Source: a virus. Taken from it: a DNA stretch of 64,000 nt. A model generated the notes under the pieces. That model had not been told where the DNA came from. It ran no database searches and saw nothing but the letters and a program-made list of their open reading frames with translations. A program made the translations under genes and the position numbers. Below are positions 9,243 to 18,694 of this stretch, piece after piece; positions within the stretch are counted from its first letter, which is position 1; every line of letters starts with the position of its first letter. The stretch covers positions 1 through 64,000 of IMG/VR virus record IMGVR_UViG_3300045303_000221; one strand, written 5' to 3'.

Positions 9243-9791
9243 ATGCAGTACGTGTTCCGGCCGCTGTCACACTGGCCGTACGACGTGACCGACCCGAGAC
9301 GCAGCCGCTACGCCTTCAAGGCTCCGTGGTCGAACACGATGCGGCTGCTCGACCGCGAGCTTCGGATGCTGGACGCATCCGACCTCGTGATCGGGGCCGA
9401 CTTCCGCGAGCAGGACCTGCGGCTGGACGGCCTGCCACGCTCCAACGCCCGGGTGCCTCAGCATCCGGGCGTGGAGCTTTCCTTCAACACGCGGCGGCAC
9501 GGGCGGCTCGTGTACGCATCCGACTCGTGCGACTGGTGGGAGCACAACGTGCGGTCGCTGGCGCTGACGCTGGAGGCGCTGCGCGCCGTCGATCGGTTCG
9601 GCGGCACGCGCCGGGGCGAGCAGTACGCGGGGTTCCGGCAGATCGAGTCGGCGGACGGGAAGGTGACGCGCGAGCGCGGCCGTCGGCTGGTCGAGGCGCA
9701 CGGCGGCTACCGGCAGGCGTTGGCGGCGACGCACCCGGACGCGGGCGGCAGCACGGACGACTTCCTGAGCGTGCAAGCTACGCGCGGCTAG
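9243..9791 (+). CDS. Phage protein with C-terminal J-domain-like HPD motif
   Basis: NVRSLALTLEALRAVDRFG...QYAGF...HPDAGG...F..VQ. Confidence 0.7.
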   Translation: MQYVFRPLSHWPYDVTDPRRSRYAFKAPWSNTMRLLDRELRMLDASDLVIGADFREQDLRLDGLPRSNARVPQHPGVELSFNTRRHGRLVYASDSCDWWEHNVRSLALTLEALRAVDRFGGTRRGEQYAGFRQIESADGKVTRERGRRLVEAHGGYRQALAATHPDAGGSTDDFLSVQATRG

Positions 9792-9842
9792 CTCACGACG
9801 TGTTACACTTGGGGTGCGGGGTGAACCCCGCAGAGAGGGAGG
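9788..9842 (+). promoter_or_regulatory. Repeated cassette
   Basis: CTAGCTCACGACGTGT-TACACT, GCGGGG-TGAA-CCCCGC, AGAGAGGGAGG. Confidence 0.85.
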
Positions 9843-9846
9843 CGAC

Positions 9847-10179
9847 ATGACGAACGAGTTGACCCGCGAGCAGGGGCTGGAGTTCCTGAACAAGGACGGG
9901 AACCTCCGCGTCCCGTGCTCGCGCTACGGCCACGACACGGAGACGTGCGCGCCGGTCGCGTGGCGGCTGGCGGTCACGCTGGCGTACGAGACGGGCGAGC
10001 CGCTGACGCTGGAGACGCTGGACTACTGCATGGGGCTGGTCGTCAACGACCACGACGACGTGGCCTACATGCTGGAGAACTACGAGAACTCGGAGCCGCA
10101 GATGGTGAACCCGAGTCCGGCCGAGATCGAGTCCAACATGCGGGCAATGGAGATCCGTGACAGAGAGGCGGGGACATGA
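9847..10179 (+). CDS. Hypothetical protein
   Basis: ATG follows the cassette. Confidence 0.7.
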   Translation: MTNELTREQGLEFLNKDGNLRVPCSRYGHDTETCAPVAWRLAVTLAYETGEPLTLETLDYCMGLVVNDHDDVAYMLENYENSEPQMVNPSPAEIESNMRAMEIRDREAGT

Positions 10180-10364
10180 TCGACATTGCCGGATACGAGG
10201 TGGTTCCTTCGGAGCGCGACGGTGACCTGTGCCGATTCTGGCGCGGCCCCGTCCAGGGCACCTGGAGCGCCACCACCGATGAGGGCCGCCGCGTCGCGAC
10301 GTGCGTCACCCTCAAGGAAGCGCTCGCGGCCGTCACCGAGGACGCGGAGCTACACGCTACGTGA
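10176..10364 (+). CDS. Hypothetical protein
   Basis: Coupled ORF. Confidence 0.55.
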   Translation: MIDIAGYEVVPSERDGDLCRFWRGPVQGTWSATTDEGRRVATCVTLKEALAAVTEDAELHAT

Positions 10365-10723
10365 GACGCGCGGTGCTAGTGCTAGTGGTGCTGGCGGGCT
10401 GCGGGTCGGCGCAGGAGGTCACGTCCGGTCGGGTGATCGACCGGGCGTACCACCCGGCCCACAGCGAGACGAACATGGTCGCGGACTACCGCACCGAGAC
10501 GGACTGCTCGACCGACCCGGACGGCCACATCGACTGCACGTCGAAGCAGGTGCTGACGGGGTATCACTCCGAGCGGAAGCGGTTCCCGGATCGGTGGACG
10601 ATCACGGTCGAGCGGTGCTTTGAGGATCACTGCGCGCGGCGCGACGTGGAGGTCACGCAGGCGGACTTCGATCGGGTGATCGTCGGCGACGACCACTGGG
10701 ACGAGAAGACCGGCATCGTCTAG
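10361..10723 (+). CDS. Putative lipoprotein
   Basis: GTG start; MRRAVLVLVVLAGC lipobox. Confidence 0.65.
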   Translation: MRRAVLVLVVLAGCGSAQEVTSGRVIDRAYHPAHSETNMVADYRTETDCSTDPDGHIDCTSKQVLTGYHSERKRFPDRWTITVERCFEDHCARRDVEVTQADFDRVIVGDDHWDEKTGIV

Positions 10724-10774
10724 CTCACGACGTGTTATACTTTGGGTGCGGGGAGAGGCCCCGCAGAGAGGAGG
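10720..10774 (+). promoter_or_regulatory. Repeated cassette
   Basis: CTAGCTCACGACGTGT-TATACT, GCGGGG-AGAGG-CCCCGC, AGAGAGGAGG. Confidence 0.85.
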
Positions 10775-10780
10775 TGCCCG

Positions 10781-10942
10781 ATGTACGGAGCACTGGCTGA
10801 GGTGCGAGAGGCGCTGGAGACGGCGCTGCGCACGGACAACGTGGTGCCCCTGGTGCTGGCCGTCGGCCGGGCCTACGAGATGGGTGCCACGGACGCGGAC
10901 CTGGCCCTAGTCGAGGACATGCCGTTCGGGGGCGGGTCGTGA
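10781..10942 (+). CDS. Hypothetical protein
   Basis: ATG follows the cassette. Confidence 0.6.
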   Translation: MYGALAEVREALETALRTDNVVPLVLAVGRAYEMGATDADLALVEDMPFGGGS

Positions 10943-11111
10943 CCTGCCTGCGCTGCGGCGCACCGGCGGTCGTCGCGGCGATGCGGACGAACGGGTTCAC
11001 GATCGGCAAGCCGTGGATGGCGTGCTCCGAGCACGCGCCGCGACCGAGCCTGGAGATCGACCTGATCGACCTTCGCGTGCCCGAGCTAGCCGTCCCCGAG
11101 GTGGACGACTG

Positions 11112-11327
11112 ATGGGGGGCCGCGAGCGGATTCTGTCGAACCGCGAGGTGCGCCAGATGGTGACGCGCGAGGGCGGCTCCGTCGTGCCTGGCGGCTCGCA
11201 CCTGAAGATTCGCGACGCGAACGGGCGGCTGGTCGGGATCCTGCCGAAGAACGGGAAGCTGCAGGGCTACCGGGCGTACCTGAACATGCGCTCGCAGCTA
11301 CAGAACGCGGGCCTGTGGAATCCCTGA
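11112..11327 (+). CDS. HicA-like mRNA interferase (standalone)
   Basis: 71 aa; REVRQMV...GGSHLKI...LNMRSQLQNAG resembles the HicA fold with the GSH motif. Confidence 0.55.
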   Translation: MGGRERILSNREVRQMVTREGGSVVPGGSHLKIRDANGRLVGILPKNGKLQGYRAYLNMRSQLQNAGLWNP

Positions 11328-11338
11328 CCGACGAGCGG

Positions 11339-11391
11339 TAGCTCACGACGTGTTATACTTGGAGTGCGGGGAGAGGCCCCGCAGAGAGAGG
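11339..11391 (+). promoter_or_regulatory. Repeated cassette
   Basis: TAGCTCACGACGTGT-TATACT, GCGGGG-AGAGG-CCCCGC, AGAGAGAGG. Confidence 0.85.
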
Positions 11392-11403
11392 ACGGTGCGA
11401 GAG

Positions 11404-11754
11404 ATGACCACGGTTTACGCTCCGCGCACGAACGGCAACCACTGGGGCTACTGGCGGGTCGAGAACATGCTCGACTTGCCCACCGCCACGAAGCGTCGCC
11501 GGAACGCGATCCATTTCATCCTCACGAACGAGGGGCTGGCGCGCTTCACGCGCGACGTGGGGACGCCGACGTGCTGCTACTGCCACGGCGGCATTGAGGA
11601 CGACGGGAAGGTCAAGCCGTACGGCACCTACGTGCCGGGCACGCGCCGCGCGAAGCTGTGGCACTACGAGTGCGGCTGGGGCGCGCTGCTCCAGGACATG
11701 ATCCTGGACGAGCGCGCGAACCGAATCCTCGTCCCCGAGCAGATTCAACTCTAG
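11404..11754 (+). CDS. Hypothetical protein with CxxC...HxxC zinc motif
   Basis: CCYC...WHYEC; ATG follows the cassette. Confidence 0.65.
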   Translation: MTTVYAPRTNGNHWGYWRVENMLDLPTATKRRRNAIHFILTNEGLARFTRDVGTPTCCYCHGGIEDDGKVKPYGTYVPGTRRAKLWHYECGWGALLQDMILDERANRILVPEQIQL

Positions 11755-11762
11755 CGGCTGAC

Positions 11763-11819
11763 TGACTCACAAAGTGTGTTAGACTTCAAGTGCGGGGAGA
11801 GGCCCCGCAGAGAGAGGAG
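11763..11819 (+). promoter_or_regulatory. Repeated cassette
   Basis: CTCACAAAGTGTGT-TAGACT, GCGGGG-AGAGG-CCCCGC, AGAGAGAGGAG. Confidence 0.85.
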
Positions 11820-11823
11820 CGAG

Positions 11824-12219
11824 ATGACTGCGAAGGACCGCCAGTGGGCCGAGCTTGACCGGCGCGCGCACGCCGCGGGGATGGCTGCCGGGCAGGCCGC
11901 ACGGCCCGCGCCGATGACGATCGTGGAGCACACGAACCCGTGGGACGACTCGTCGCCGATCAAGCGCACGTACGCGCCGGTGATGGACGGCATCTGCGGC
12001 ACCGCCTACGTCAAGGTGCGGCCGGGCAATAGCTCGTTCGCGCGCTGGCTGAAGAAGCACCGCGGGGCCTTCACCGCCTACTACGGCGGGGTCCAGTTCT
12101 CGGTGAACGACTTCGGCCAGAGTGTCGAGCGCGGGCTGGCGTACGCCTCGGCCTACGGCGCGGTCGTCCGCGCGGAGTACCCCGAGATGTCCATCTTCAC
12201 CGACTCGTGGGTCAACTAG
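11824..12219 (+). CDS. Hypothetical phage protein
   Basis: GICGTAYVKVRPGNSSFARWLKK...QSVER..AYA; follows the cassette. Confidence 0.7.
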   Translation: MTAKDRQWAELDRRAHAAGMAAGQAARPAPMTIVEHTNPWDDSSPIKRTYAPVMDGICGTAYVKVRPGNSSFARWLKKHRGAFTAYYGGVQFSVNDFGQSVERGLAYASAYGAVVRAEYPEMSIFTDSWVN

Positions 12220-12220
12220 C

Positions 12221-12556
12221 ATGGCCCGGCAGACGATGAACGAGTCGCTGGCGGTGCTCGTGCGCGGCGCGCTGACGAAGCTGCGCGAGTGCAACGACGA
12301 CTTCGCCGAGCTTGAGCCGATCGACTCTGACCTCCAGGTCGTGCTCGCGCTGCTCGGACGGGTCGAGACGATCCCCGCCGGAACGATCGGTACGCCGACC
12401 TGGGACGACGAGGCGGCGGACGAGCCGGTGGTGGCCGTGATCGAACTGACGCAGGCCGAGCTTCAGAAGCTGACGCAGGTGTGCGGCCACGACGGCTTCG
12501 GGATGGTGCCGGAGGCGGCCGAGGCGATCATCGCGAGGCAGGGCGGTCGGCTGTGA
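12221..12556 (+). CDS. Hypothetical protein
   Basis: ORF in operon. Confidence 0.6.
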   Translation: MARQTMNESLAVLVRGALTKLRECNDDFAELEPIDSDLQVVLALLGRVETIPAGTIGTPTWDDEAADEPVVAVIELTQAELQKLTQVCGHDGFGMVPEAAEAIIARQGGRL

Positions 12557-12828
12557 ACCGCCAGCAGAGGATCGCCCGCATCATCCGCGACGCCGCCTTC
12601 GCGGTCGGCGTCCAGGGCCACGGCTGCGAGTCCGCGATCGAGATTGCGGTGCGTGACGCGGGGAACCTGGGCACGTCGAAGGAGAACGTGATCGGCGCGC
12701 TGTGCGACTTCTACTACGGCGGCTCGCTCCTCACCTGGGACGAGATCGTGCGGGTGCTGGACGCGGACAAGCAGCGCCGGTTCAAGTTCCTGGAGGCCGC
12801 GGCCGACTTCTACGGCGGCGGCAACTGA
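12553..12828 (+). CDS. Hypothetical protein
   Basis: GTGA overlap. Confidence 0.6.
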   Translation: MNRQQRIARIIRDAAFAVGVQGHGCESAIEIAVRDAGNLGTSKENVIGALCDFYYGGSLLTWDEIVRVLDADKQRRFKFLEAAADFYGGGN

Positions 12829-13097
12829 TGGGCAGGTGCGTGGAGGTGTCGAAGCTCCCGCCGTGCGACTTGTGCGGCGACGCGGCGCGGTTCGATGTGC
12901 GCACGAGCGGCGGTGCGTGGGCCAACTTCTGCGTCGGCTGCGCGGCGCAGGCGAGGGAGTGCAAGGTGTGGGACGGGTCGCTCGGCACGGGCCTCGGGCA
13001 GGTGCTGGTGCTGAACGACCACCCGGGGGTCGAGGCCGAGGTGATGCGCGCCCTGCGCCGCCGGGTGTCTACCGGCCACATAGCTCACAACATGTGA
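12828..13097 (+). CDS. Zinc-finger phage protein
   Basis: CDLC...ARFDVRT..GAWANFC..C...LGTGLGQ. Confidence 0.65.
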   Translation: MGRCVEVSKLPPCDLCGDAARFDVRTSGGAWANFCVGCAAQARECKVWDGSLGTGLGQVLVLNDHPGVEAEVMRALRRRVSTGHIAHNM

Positions 13098-13139
13098 TAC
13101 TCTTGAGGTGCGGGGAGTGAACCCCGCAGAGAGGAAAGG
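13081..13139 (+). promoter_or_regulatory. Repeated cassette
   Basis: TAGCTCACAACATGTGA-TACTCT, GCGGGG-AGTGAA-CCCCGC, AGAGAGG. Confidence 0.8.
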
Positions 13140-13146
13140 TAACGAG

Positions 13147-13488
13147 ATGCGCGCAGGATCCCTCCAGAACCTGATCGGCGACAACGCGAAGGACGCCCAG
13201 ACTCCCGAGGTCGGCATGGGCTGCACGATCTTCGGCTGGACTGACCGCAACGCGGCGACCGTGATCGAGGTGTCCCGCACGGGCCACAAGATCACCGTCC
13301 AGTACGACACCCAGACCCGCACCGACACGAACGGCATGTCGGACGCCCAGGCGTACGAGTTCACCCCGAACCCGCAGGGCCGCACCGAGACGTTCACGCG
13401 CCGCCAGAACGGCGACTACCGCGTCGTCGGCGGCACCACCCGCTGCCTGGTCGGCGTCCGCGACGCCTACTACGACTTCGGCTTCTGA
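13147..13488 (+). CDS. Hypothetical phage protein
   Basis: PEVGMGCT...TDR.AATVIEV...YYDFGF; followed by a UCCG-loop hairpin at 13501-13524. Confidence 0.75.
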   Translation: MRAGSLQNLIGDNAKDAQTPEVGMGCTIFGWTDRNAATVIEVSRTGHKITVQYDTQTRTDTNGMSDAQAYEFTPNPQGRTETFTRRQNGDYRVVGGTTRCLVGVRDAYYDFGF

Positions 13489-13800
13489 TTCCCCCCACCC
13501 GAGGGGCGGCTCCGGCCGCCCCTCTCCCCTATGGAGGTACGAGATGGCGCAGACCCCGCTCGCGCGCCTTGGACTGCAGCGCGTACCCGATCCGATCGCG
13601 GTCGGCACGCGCGTGACGAACGGCAAGCCCGGCTCGGCGCGGGTGGCCGGGACGGTAGTGGCGGTGGACGGCGAGACGTACACCGTGCAGGGCCGGAACG
13701 GCGAGCGGGCGACGGAGCTTCGTCACAACCTGCTCGCGTTCCCATCCACGTGATAGGAAGACAGAATCATTCGATCATTCGATCAGAGAGGAAGGGCGAC

Positions 13801-14169
13801 ATGCCCGCAATGACGTACGAGGGAATCGAACTGCTCGGGCTGGACGCATCGAACACGCTGGCCGCGCTCGGCGCGGTGCGGATCGAGTACCAGCCGGGCA
13901 ACGGCACGCGCTACGACGTGCTGATCACGGGCCAGCCGGATCGCGTCGGCCCGGACTACGGATCGAGCAACGACGACCACTGGATTGTGGCGGTGCTGAA
14001 CTTCGGGACGGTGCACGAGATGCGTCGCGACGAGGCCCCGATGCCGGTGTACCTGGCGGAGAAGCTGACGAGCCGGAACATGACGGACGCGGCTGCGCTG
14101 CACCTGCTCCTGTCGGCCGTGGCCGCGTCGAAGCCGCACGTGACGCTGACGGACGCGGGCGTCCGGTGA
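13801..14169 (+). CDS. Hypothetical protein
   Basis: AGAGAGGAAGG RBS; YQPGNGTRY motif. Confidence 0.65.
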   Translation: MPAMTYEGIELLGLDASNTLAALGAVRIEYQPGNGTRYDVLITGQPDRVGPDYGSSNDDHWIVAVLNFGTVHEMRRDEAPMPVYLAEKLTSRNMTDAAALHLLLSAVAASKPHVTLTDAGVR

Positions 14170-14289
14170 GCACCTTCGGGCTGGGCATGATCGTCGGCGG
14201 CCTGATCGGGATCGTCGGCACGATGTGGATCGTCGGCAGGGCGGCGCGGCGCGTCGGCGACGAACTGCGCAAGTCGGGACGGCTCCGCG

Positions 14290-14781
14290 ATGACTGACAC
14301 GATGGAGCGGATCCTGGTGCTGCTCGTGCGGCACGCGCGCGGGCATCACCCGCTGCGCGGCGAGGCGATGACGTGCCTCGACATGGCGCACGGCCTCGGG
14401 TTTCGGAGCGGGTCCGACCGCCGGTCTGCGCGCGACGGCCGGGTCATGTCGCCAGCGCAGCGGGTCATCCAGCCGGTGACGGCGCTGCGCAAGCTCGGGC
14501 TGCTGCGGCTGGCCCCTCGCCCGGATCGCCTCACCGGCACGGCGTACGCGCTGACGGAGGAGGGCGAGCGCGAGGCCGACAAGCTGATCGAGGCCGGGGC
14601 GCTGGCCCGGCGGGTCGAGCACAAGGTGGAGGTCGTCCAGGCGAACACGATGGTCTACCACGCCGTCTGCTCGTGCGGCTGGCGAAGCTCGCCGTCGAAC
14701 ATCGCGGCGTTCGCTCACAACGACGGCGAGCGGCACGTGGCGATGGCACGCACGGGGGTGCCTGCCCCCTTCGACGGGTAG
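14290..14781 (+). CDS. Winged-helix protein with C-terminal CxC...H motif
   Basis: LRKLGLL...YALTEEG wHTH wing; CSCGW. Confidence 0.55.
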   Translation: MTDTMERILVLLVRHARGHHPLRGEAMTCLDMAHGLGFRSGSDRRSARDGRVMSPAQRVIQPVTALRKLGLLRLAPRPDRLTGTAYALTEEGEREADKLIEAGALARRVEHKVEVVQANTMVYHAVCSCGWRSSPSNIAAFAHNDGERHVAMARTGVPAPFDG

Positions 14782-15560
14782 CGCTGACACCCCTGGAGTG
14801 CGCCGGTCGGCGGACCGCGCTAGAGTCACGCGGGTGGGTGCCTTGACTGTCTGGGGAGGTCCGTTGGATGGAGCGCAAGCTCCACTCCGCCGCCGGACAG
14901 CCACCATGTGGATCGAGGACACCGCACCGCACCGCATCCGTCTCACGCCCGGCCCTGGGCGACTCATGCACCGACTCCAAGGCGACCTACTCGTGTACGT
15001 GGAGTTGACGATGACGATCTGCGACGGCTGCGGCGCGCACCATGCTCGCGTTGACTCGTGCGTGCTCTGCGGCGCGCAGCTTCGGCGGACATGACGATCG
15101 ACGCCCAGGACTCGGGCGTGCTGGTGCTGGGCGCTGCCGCGCGGAGGGAGATCGCGGAGGCCGCGAAGGCGGCGCGCATGGCGTACGCGATGGCTCGCCC
15201 GGAGACGGGCGACCTGCACATCGAACGGATCGTACGGCTCGTAGAGGGCGGCGATGCCGCCCGCGAGCACTCGCCGCCGGGCGACTAGGCCCGGCGACCT
15301 TCCTGCGGACCGACTGCTGGCCGGTCTGTCCCGCCAACCTCGTGATCAGAGAGAAGCCCACCGATGGCAACCGCCCTACCCGTCGAAACGAGCCGCCCAG
15401 ACGGCCTCACGGAGAACCTGAACGAGCCGTCGCTGTGCGAGTGCGACCGTGGCGTCCAGTACGAGCACCGCTGCTGCGGAGCGCTCTCGGAGGGCAGGTG
15501 CTGCATGGACCCCGAGTGGGTCATGCGCGAGTGTGACCAGTGCGGCGGGGTCGGCATCAG

Positions 15561-16145
15561 GTGACCGACGAGCCGCAGGAGATTCGCGAGTGGGACAAGC
15601 GCGACAACGAGTCGCCGCAGGCGTTCGCGGCGTTCGTCGCCTACCGGAACCTCGGTCCGTCGCGTTCGGTCGTGAAGGCGTGCAAGGAGGTCGGGAAGAC
15701 CCGCGCCACGCTGCACCCGTGGAGCACGCAGCACGACTGGGTTGCGCGGGCGGGGGCGTGGGATCGCTACTGCGACCAGCAGGATCAGCGACGCGACGAG
15801 GTGGAGCGGCTGGAGGGTCGCCGCCTGATGCACGAGGATCACGCGAAGGCGGGCAAGCGCATGTGGCGGCTCGCGGCGGACGCGCTGGGCGTGTCGGCCG
15901 ACACCTCGGACGAGGCCGCGAAGGAGATCGTCGGCAAGCTGCCCTCGTCGGTGCACGTGAAGCTGTTGCAGGTCGGCATGGCGGCGGAGGTGCGCGCCCG
16001 GCACAACATGGTCGGCAGGAACCTCGACCCGCGCGACGCGGAGCGGATCGCAGACGAGTTGATCGAGGTGGCGCTGCGGTTCGTTCCGGAGGAGCAGCAG
16101 GCGGCGTTCCTGTCCGAGATTGAGTCGTTCATGTTGGGCGCGTAA
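15561..16145 (+). CDS. Putative terminase small subunit / HTH DNA-binding protein
   Basis: ESPQAFAAFVAYRNLGPSRS...WSTQHDWVARAGAWD pattern, common in phage small-terminase-like HTH proteins. Confidence 0.55.
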   Translation: MTDEPQEIREWDKRDNESPQAFAAFVAYRNLGPSRSVVKACKEVGKTRATLHPWSTQHDWVARAGAWDRYCDQQDQRRDEVERLEGRRLMHEDHAKAGKRMWRLAADALGVSADTSDEAAKEIVGKLPSSVHVKLLQVGMAAEVRARHNMVGRNLDPRDAERIADELIEVALRFVPEEQQAAFLSEIESFMLGA

Positions 16146-16156
16146 CCGGCGTCCTC

Positions 16157-16211
16157 TATCTCACAACGCGCTATACTGTGGGTGCGGGGAGAGGAACTTC
16201 CCGCAGAGAGG
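16157..16211 (+). promoter_or_regulatory. Repeated cassette
   Basis: TATCTCACAACGCGC-TATACT, GCGGG.../...CCCGC hairpin, AGAGAGG. Confidence 0.75.
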
Positions 16212-16217
16212 AACACG

Positions 16218-16499
16218 ATGACCACGTGCCGCTACTTCGCCCTCTGCACGAACGAGGCTGAGGGCTTCGTCATCCTCCCGTTCGGGGACATCCCGACCTG
16301 CGGGCGCTGCGCTACGAAGATGGAGCAGACGATGACCTACACGATGGCCGAGGTCGAGACGGCCAAGGACACGATCCGCCGCGAGGTGATGGCGAAGTTC
16401 GGCGGGATGCTCGGACCGGCGCTGACCGGGGTCGAGGTCGGCGACGAGGACGCCATCCGGTTCCTGGGCGGCGCGACGGTCGAGGAACTGCTCGCCTAG
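16218..16499 (+). CDS. Hypothetical zinc-binding protein
   Basis: CRYFALCTN...PTCGRC. Confidence 0.65.
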   Translation: MTTCRYFALCTNEAEGFVILPFGDIPTCGRCATKMEQTMTYTMAEVETAKDTIRREVMAKFGGMLGPALTGVEVGDEDAIRFLGGATVEELLA

Positions 16500-16550
16500 C
16501 ACACGACATGTGATAGACTTGAGGTGCGGGGTGGGGAACCCCGCAGAGAG
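16496..16550 (+). promoter_or_regulatory. Repeated cassette
   Basis: CTAGCACACGACATGTGA-TAGACT, GCGGGG/CCCCGC hairpin, AGAGAGG. Confidence 0.8.
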
Positions 16551-16558
16551 GACACGAG

Positions 16559-16735
16559 ATGAACACCGAGATGATCGCCGAGATGGAGCAGAAGGTCACC
16601 GAGCTTCGCGAGATGCTGACGACCTTCACCGAGGGGCAGGACGAGAACGCAGACGAGGGGAACGAGGGGACGATCGAGCAGGCCGAGCGCGCCCTCGACA
16701 CCCTGGAGATGGCCCTCTGCGAGCTGGTCCCATGA
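16559..16735 (+). CDS. Small acidic helical protein (58 aa; not in ORF track)
   Basis: MNTEMIAEMEQKVTELREML...EGQDENADEGNEG...; ATG follows the cassette. Confidence 0.6.
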   Translation: MNTEMIAEMEQKVTELREMLTTFTEGQDENADEGNEGTIEQAERALDTLEMALCELVP

Positions 16736-16973
16736 CGACGGGGACCGACCGCCGCTGGTGGCTCGCCTACGACAACGGCGAGGTGTGGCCCTGCGAGGTG
16801 ATCGGCCCCTCGCTCGTCGGCCACTGGCACGTCCGCCCGCTGGCTCCGGCTCCCGACGCCGGGACGGATAGGATCGAGCCGACCCGCCGCGTGTACGACA
16901 ACCGGCTGCAGGCTCCCAAGCTCACCGACTTCACGAAGGACTAGCGGGACTTCCCCGCAGAGAGGAACACGAC

Positions 16974-17171
16974 ATGCAGTCCGACATCACGATCGTCAAC
17001 ACGGAGCGGCACACGAAGGCGGGGCTGCTCGTGAGTCCGTTCGATACCGACGGCTCCGCTCACCTCACGCCGTTCAAGGGCGAGAGGCCGGGCAACGCCC
17101 TCATCCTCGATCGCGGGGCGGTGCGCGAGTTGCGCGACCTGCTGACCGAGATTCTGGAGAGCGCCGAGTAG
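16974..17171 (+). CDS. Hypothetical protein
   Basis: Preceded by a hairpin plus AGAGAGG, without the promoter box. Confidence 0.6.
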   Translation: MQSDITIVNTERHTKAGLLVSPFDTDGSAHLTPFKGERPGNALILDRGAVRELRDLLTEILESAE

Positions 17172-17513
17172 ATGGGGCGCGTTCCGTGCCGGACGTGCCC
17201 GTGGCGAGTTGAGCAGCACGCCGACGAGATCCCTGGGTTCGTGCTGGACCTGGCCGAGGGGCTGGTGAGCACGACGAGCGATCAGCTTGGCGCTCCGGTG
17301 TTCGCCTGCCACCAGTCGAAGAACGGCCGCGAGGTGGTCTGTACCGGCTGGCTGTGGCGCTACGGGTGGAACTCGATCGCGGTGCGGCTGGCGATGCTGC
17401 GCCGCGAGATGACGCCGGACGATCTTGAGCCGGACCCGACGATCGAACTGCACGAGACGTACGAGCAGGTGATCGCGAAGCTGCGGGACGACACGCACCG
17501 GGGCGCGGACTAG
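17172..17513 (+). CDS. DUF6283-like Cys-rich protein
   Basis: PCRTCPWR...FACH...CTGWL. Confidence 0.65.
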   Translation: MGRVPCRTCPWRVEQHADEIPGFVLDLAEGLVSTTSDQLGAPVFACHQSKNGREVVCTGWLWRYGWNSIAVRLAMLRREMTPDDLEPDPTIELHETYEQVIAKLRDDTHRGAD

Positions 17514-17570
17514 CGGTCGCGCACGATGCGTGCTAGGGTTGCGCGGGTCAACGCACTAGGGAGGCGACCA

Positions 17571-17948
17571 GTGGCGGAGCGTAGTAAGAGCGCGGCGCGA
17601 GCGACGCGGCGACAGCGCGCGTCGGATCGTGAAGGGGTGGAGCAGATCGAGCACCTGCCGAAGTCGTTCACGTTCATGCAGCGGACGCACAACACGCGCG
17701 AGCGCCGCGAGGTGGCGGCGGTCGTGGAGGCACTGAAGGCGCGGCCGGGCGAAGACGCGCGCGTGAAGCGGCTCCAGAAGCGCGCGAACGCCGAGGAGTT
17801 CGCGGAGACGCTGACGCAGTACGCGAGCGAACACGGGATCGACCTGGACGTGGATCTGCGCGGCAACGAGGTGTTCGCCCGGCTCGGGCCGCCCGAGCCG
17901 ACGCAGCTTCCGGCTGACCCGGTTGCCGACCCGGACGGCGTGGAGTAG
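17571..17948 (+). CDS. Hypothetical (possibly DNA-binding) protein
   Basis: GGGAGG RBS, GTG start, upstream promoter-box variant at 17519-17540. Confidence 0.6.
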   Translation: MAERSKSAARATRRQRASDREGVEQIEHLPKSFTFMQRTHNTRERREVAAVVEALKARPGEDARVKRLQKRANAEEFAETLTQYASEHGIDLDVDLRGNEVFARLGPPEPTQLPADPVADPDGVE

Positions 17949-17951
17949 GTC

Positions 17952-18260
17952 ATGGCGAGCACTGATCTGGTGCCGATGGGCACAGAGAGGGACGACGCCC
18001 CGGCCGTCACGAAAGAGTTCCTGGCCGAGTTCCAGGAACTGACAGCGCTCGTACGCGCGTGCGGGGCCGACCTGGAGGAGTTGTCGCGGCTGTGCTTCAT
18101 CCGCGCGACGCCGCTGGCTCGCCGCCGGTCGCACGAGGTGGACACGACCCGGCTGGCGCTGCTCCGGCAGTTGTCGGCGGCGGAGCACAAGCTCCAGGAG
18201 GAGCTGGACCGCTTCAACCTCCGCCGCCAGATGCGGGCCATCCCGGGATCCCGTTCGTGA
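17952..18260 (+). CDS. Hypothetical protein
   Basis: ORF in operon. Confidence 0.55.
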   Translation: MASTDLVPMGTERDDAPAVTKEFLAEFQELTALVRACGADLEELSRLCFIRATPLARRRSHEVDTTRLALLRQLSAAEHKLQEELDRFNLRRQMRAIPGSRS

Positions 18261-18694
18261 CCGACGGCATCACGCCGGAGGACGCCGCCTCTCCCGAGAT
18301 GAAGGCGCGGGTCGTGGCGGCCACCGAGGTCGTCGCTCGTACCGGAGCGTCGTCGGTGACGCTGCGGTTCTCCGACCCGGACGAGGATGAGGATGGCGGT
18401 CCAACCGTGTGGATCGCCATCTCCACCCACCGTCAGGGCGAGCGCGAGGTCTGCTCCGTGGCGGCGGGCCTCAACCCGCTGGCGGCGCTGTACCGGCTCT
18501 GCGACGAACTGGTGGACGGCGGCATGTGCGCGAAGTGCGGCCGTCCGACGGCGTTCATCCAGGACGAATCCGGGGGGCCGATGCCGCGCAAGATCGAGGG
18601 CCGCGAGGTGTGCTGGACATCGTGGGACGCACCGTCCGAGAAGTTCATGCGGGACTGCGATCGGCCGCGTACAAACGGCGGACGCGGCGGCTAG
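18257..18694 (+). CDS. Hypothetical protein with CxxC
   Basis: GTGA overlap; GGMCAKCGR. Confidence 0.6.
   Translation: MTDGITPEDAASPEMKARVVAATEVVARTGASSVTLRFSDPDEDEDGGPTVWIAISTHRQGEREVCSVAAGLNPLAALYRLCDELVDGGMCAKCGRPTAFIQDESGGPMPRKIEGREVCWTSWDAPSEKFMRDCDRPRTNGGRGG

Noticed and set aside
9788-16550. CRISPR array, suggested by the recurring ~55-bp repeat
   Set aside because: Copies are separated by hundreds to thousands of bases of intact genes, contain a -10 hexamer and RBS, and no cas genes are visible.
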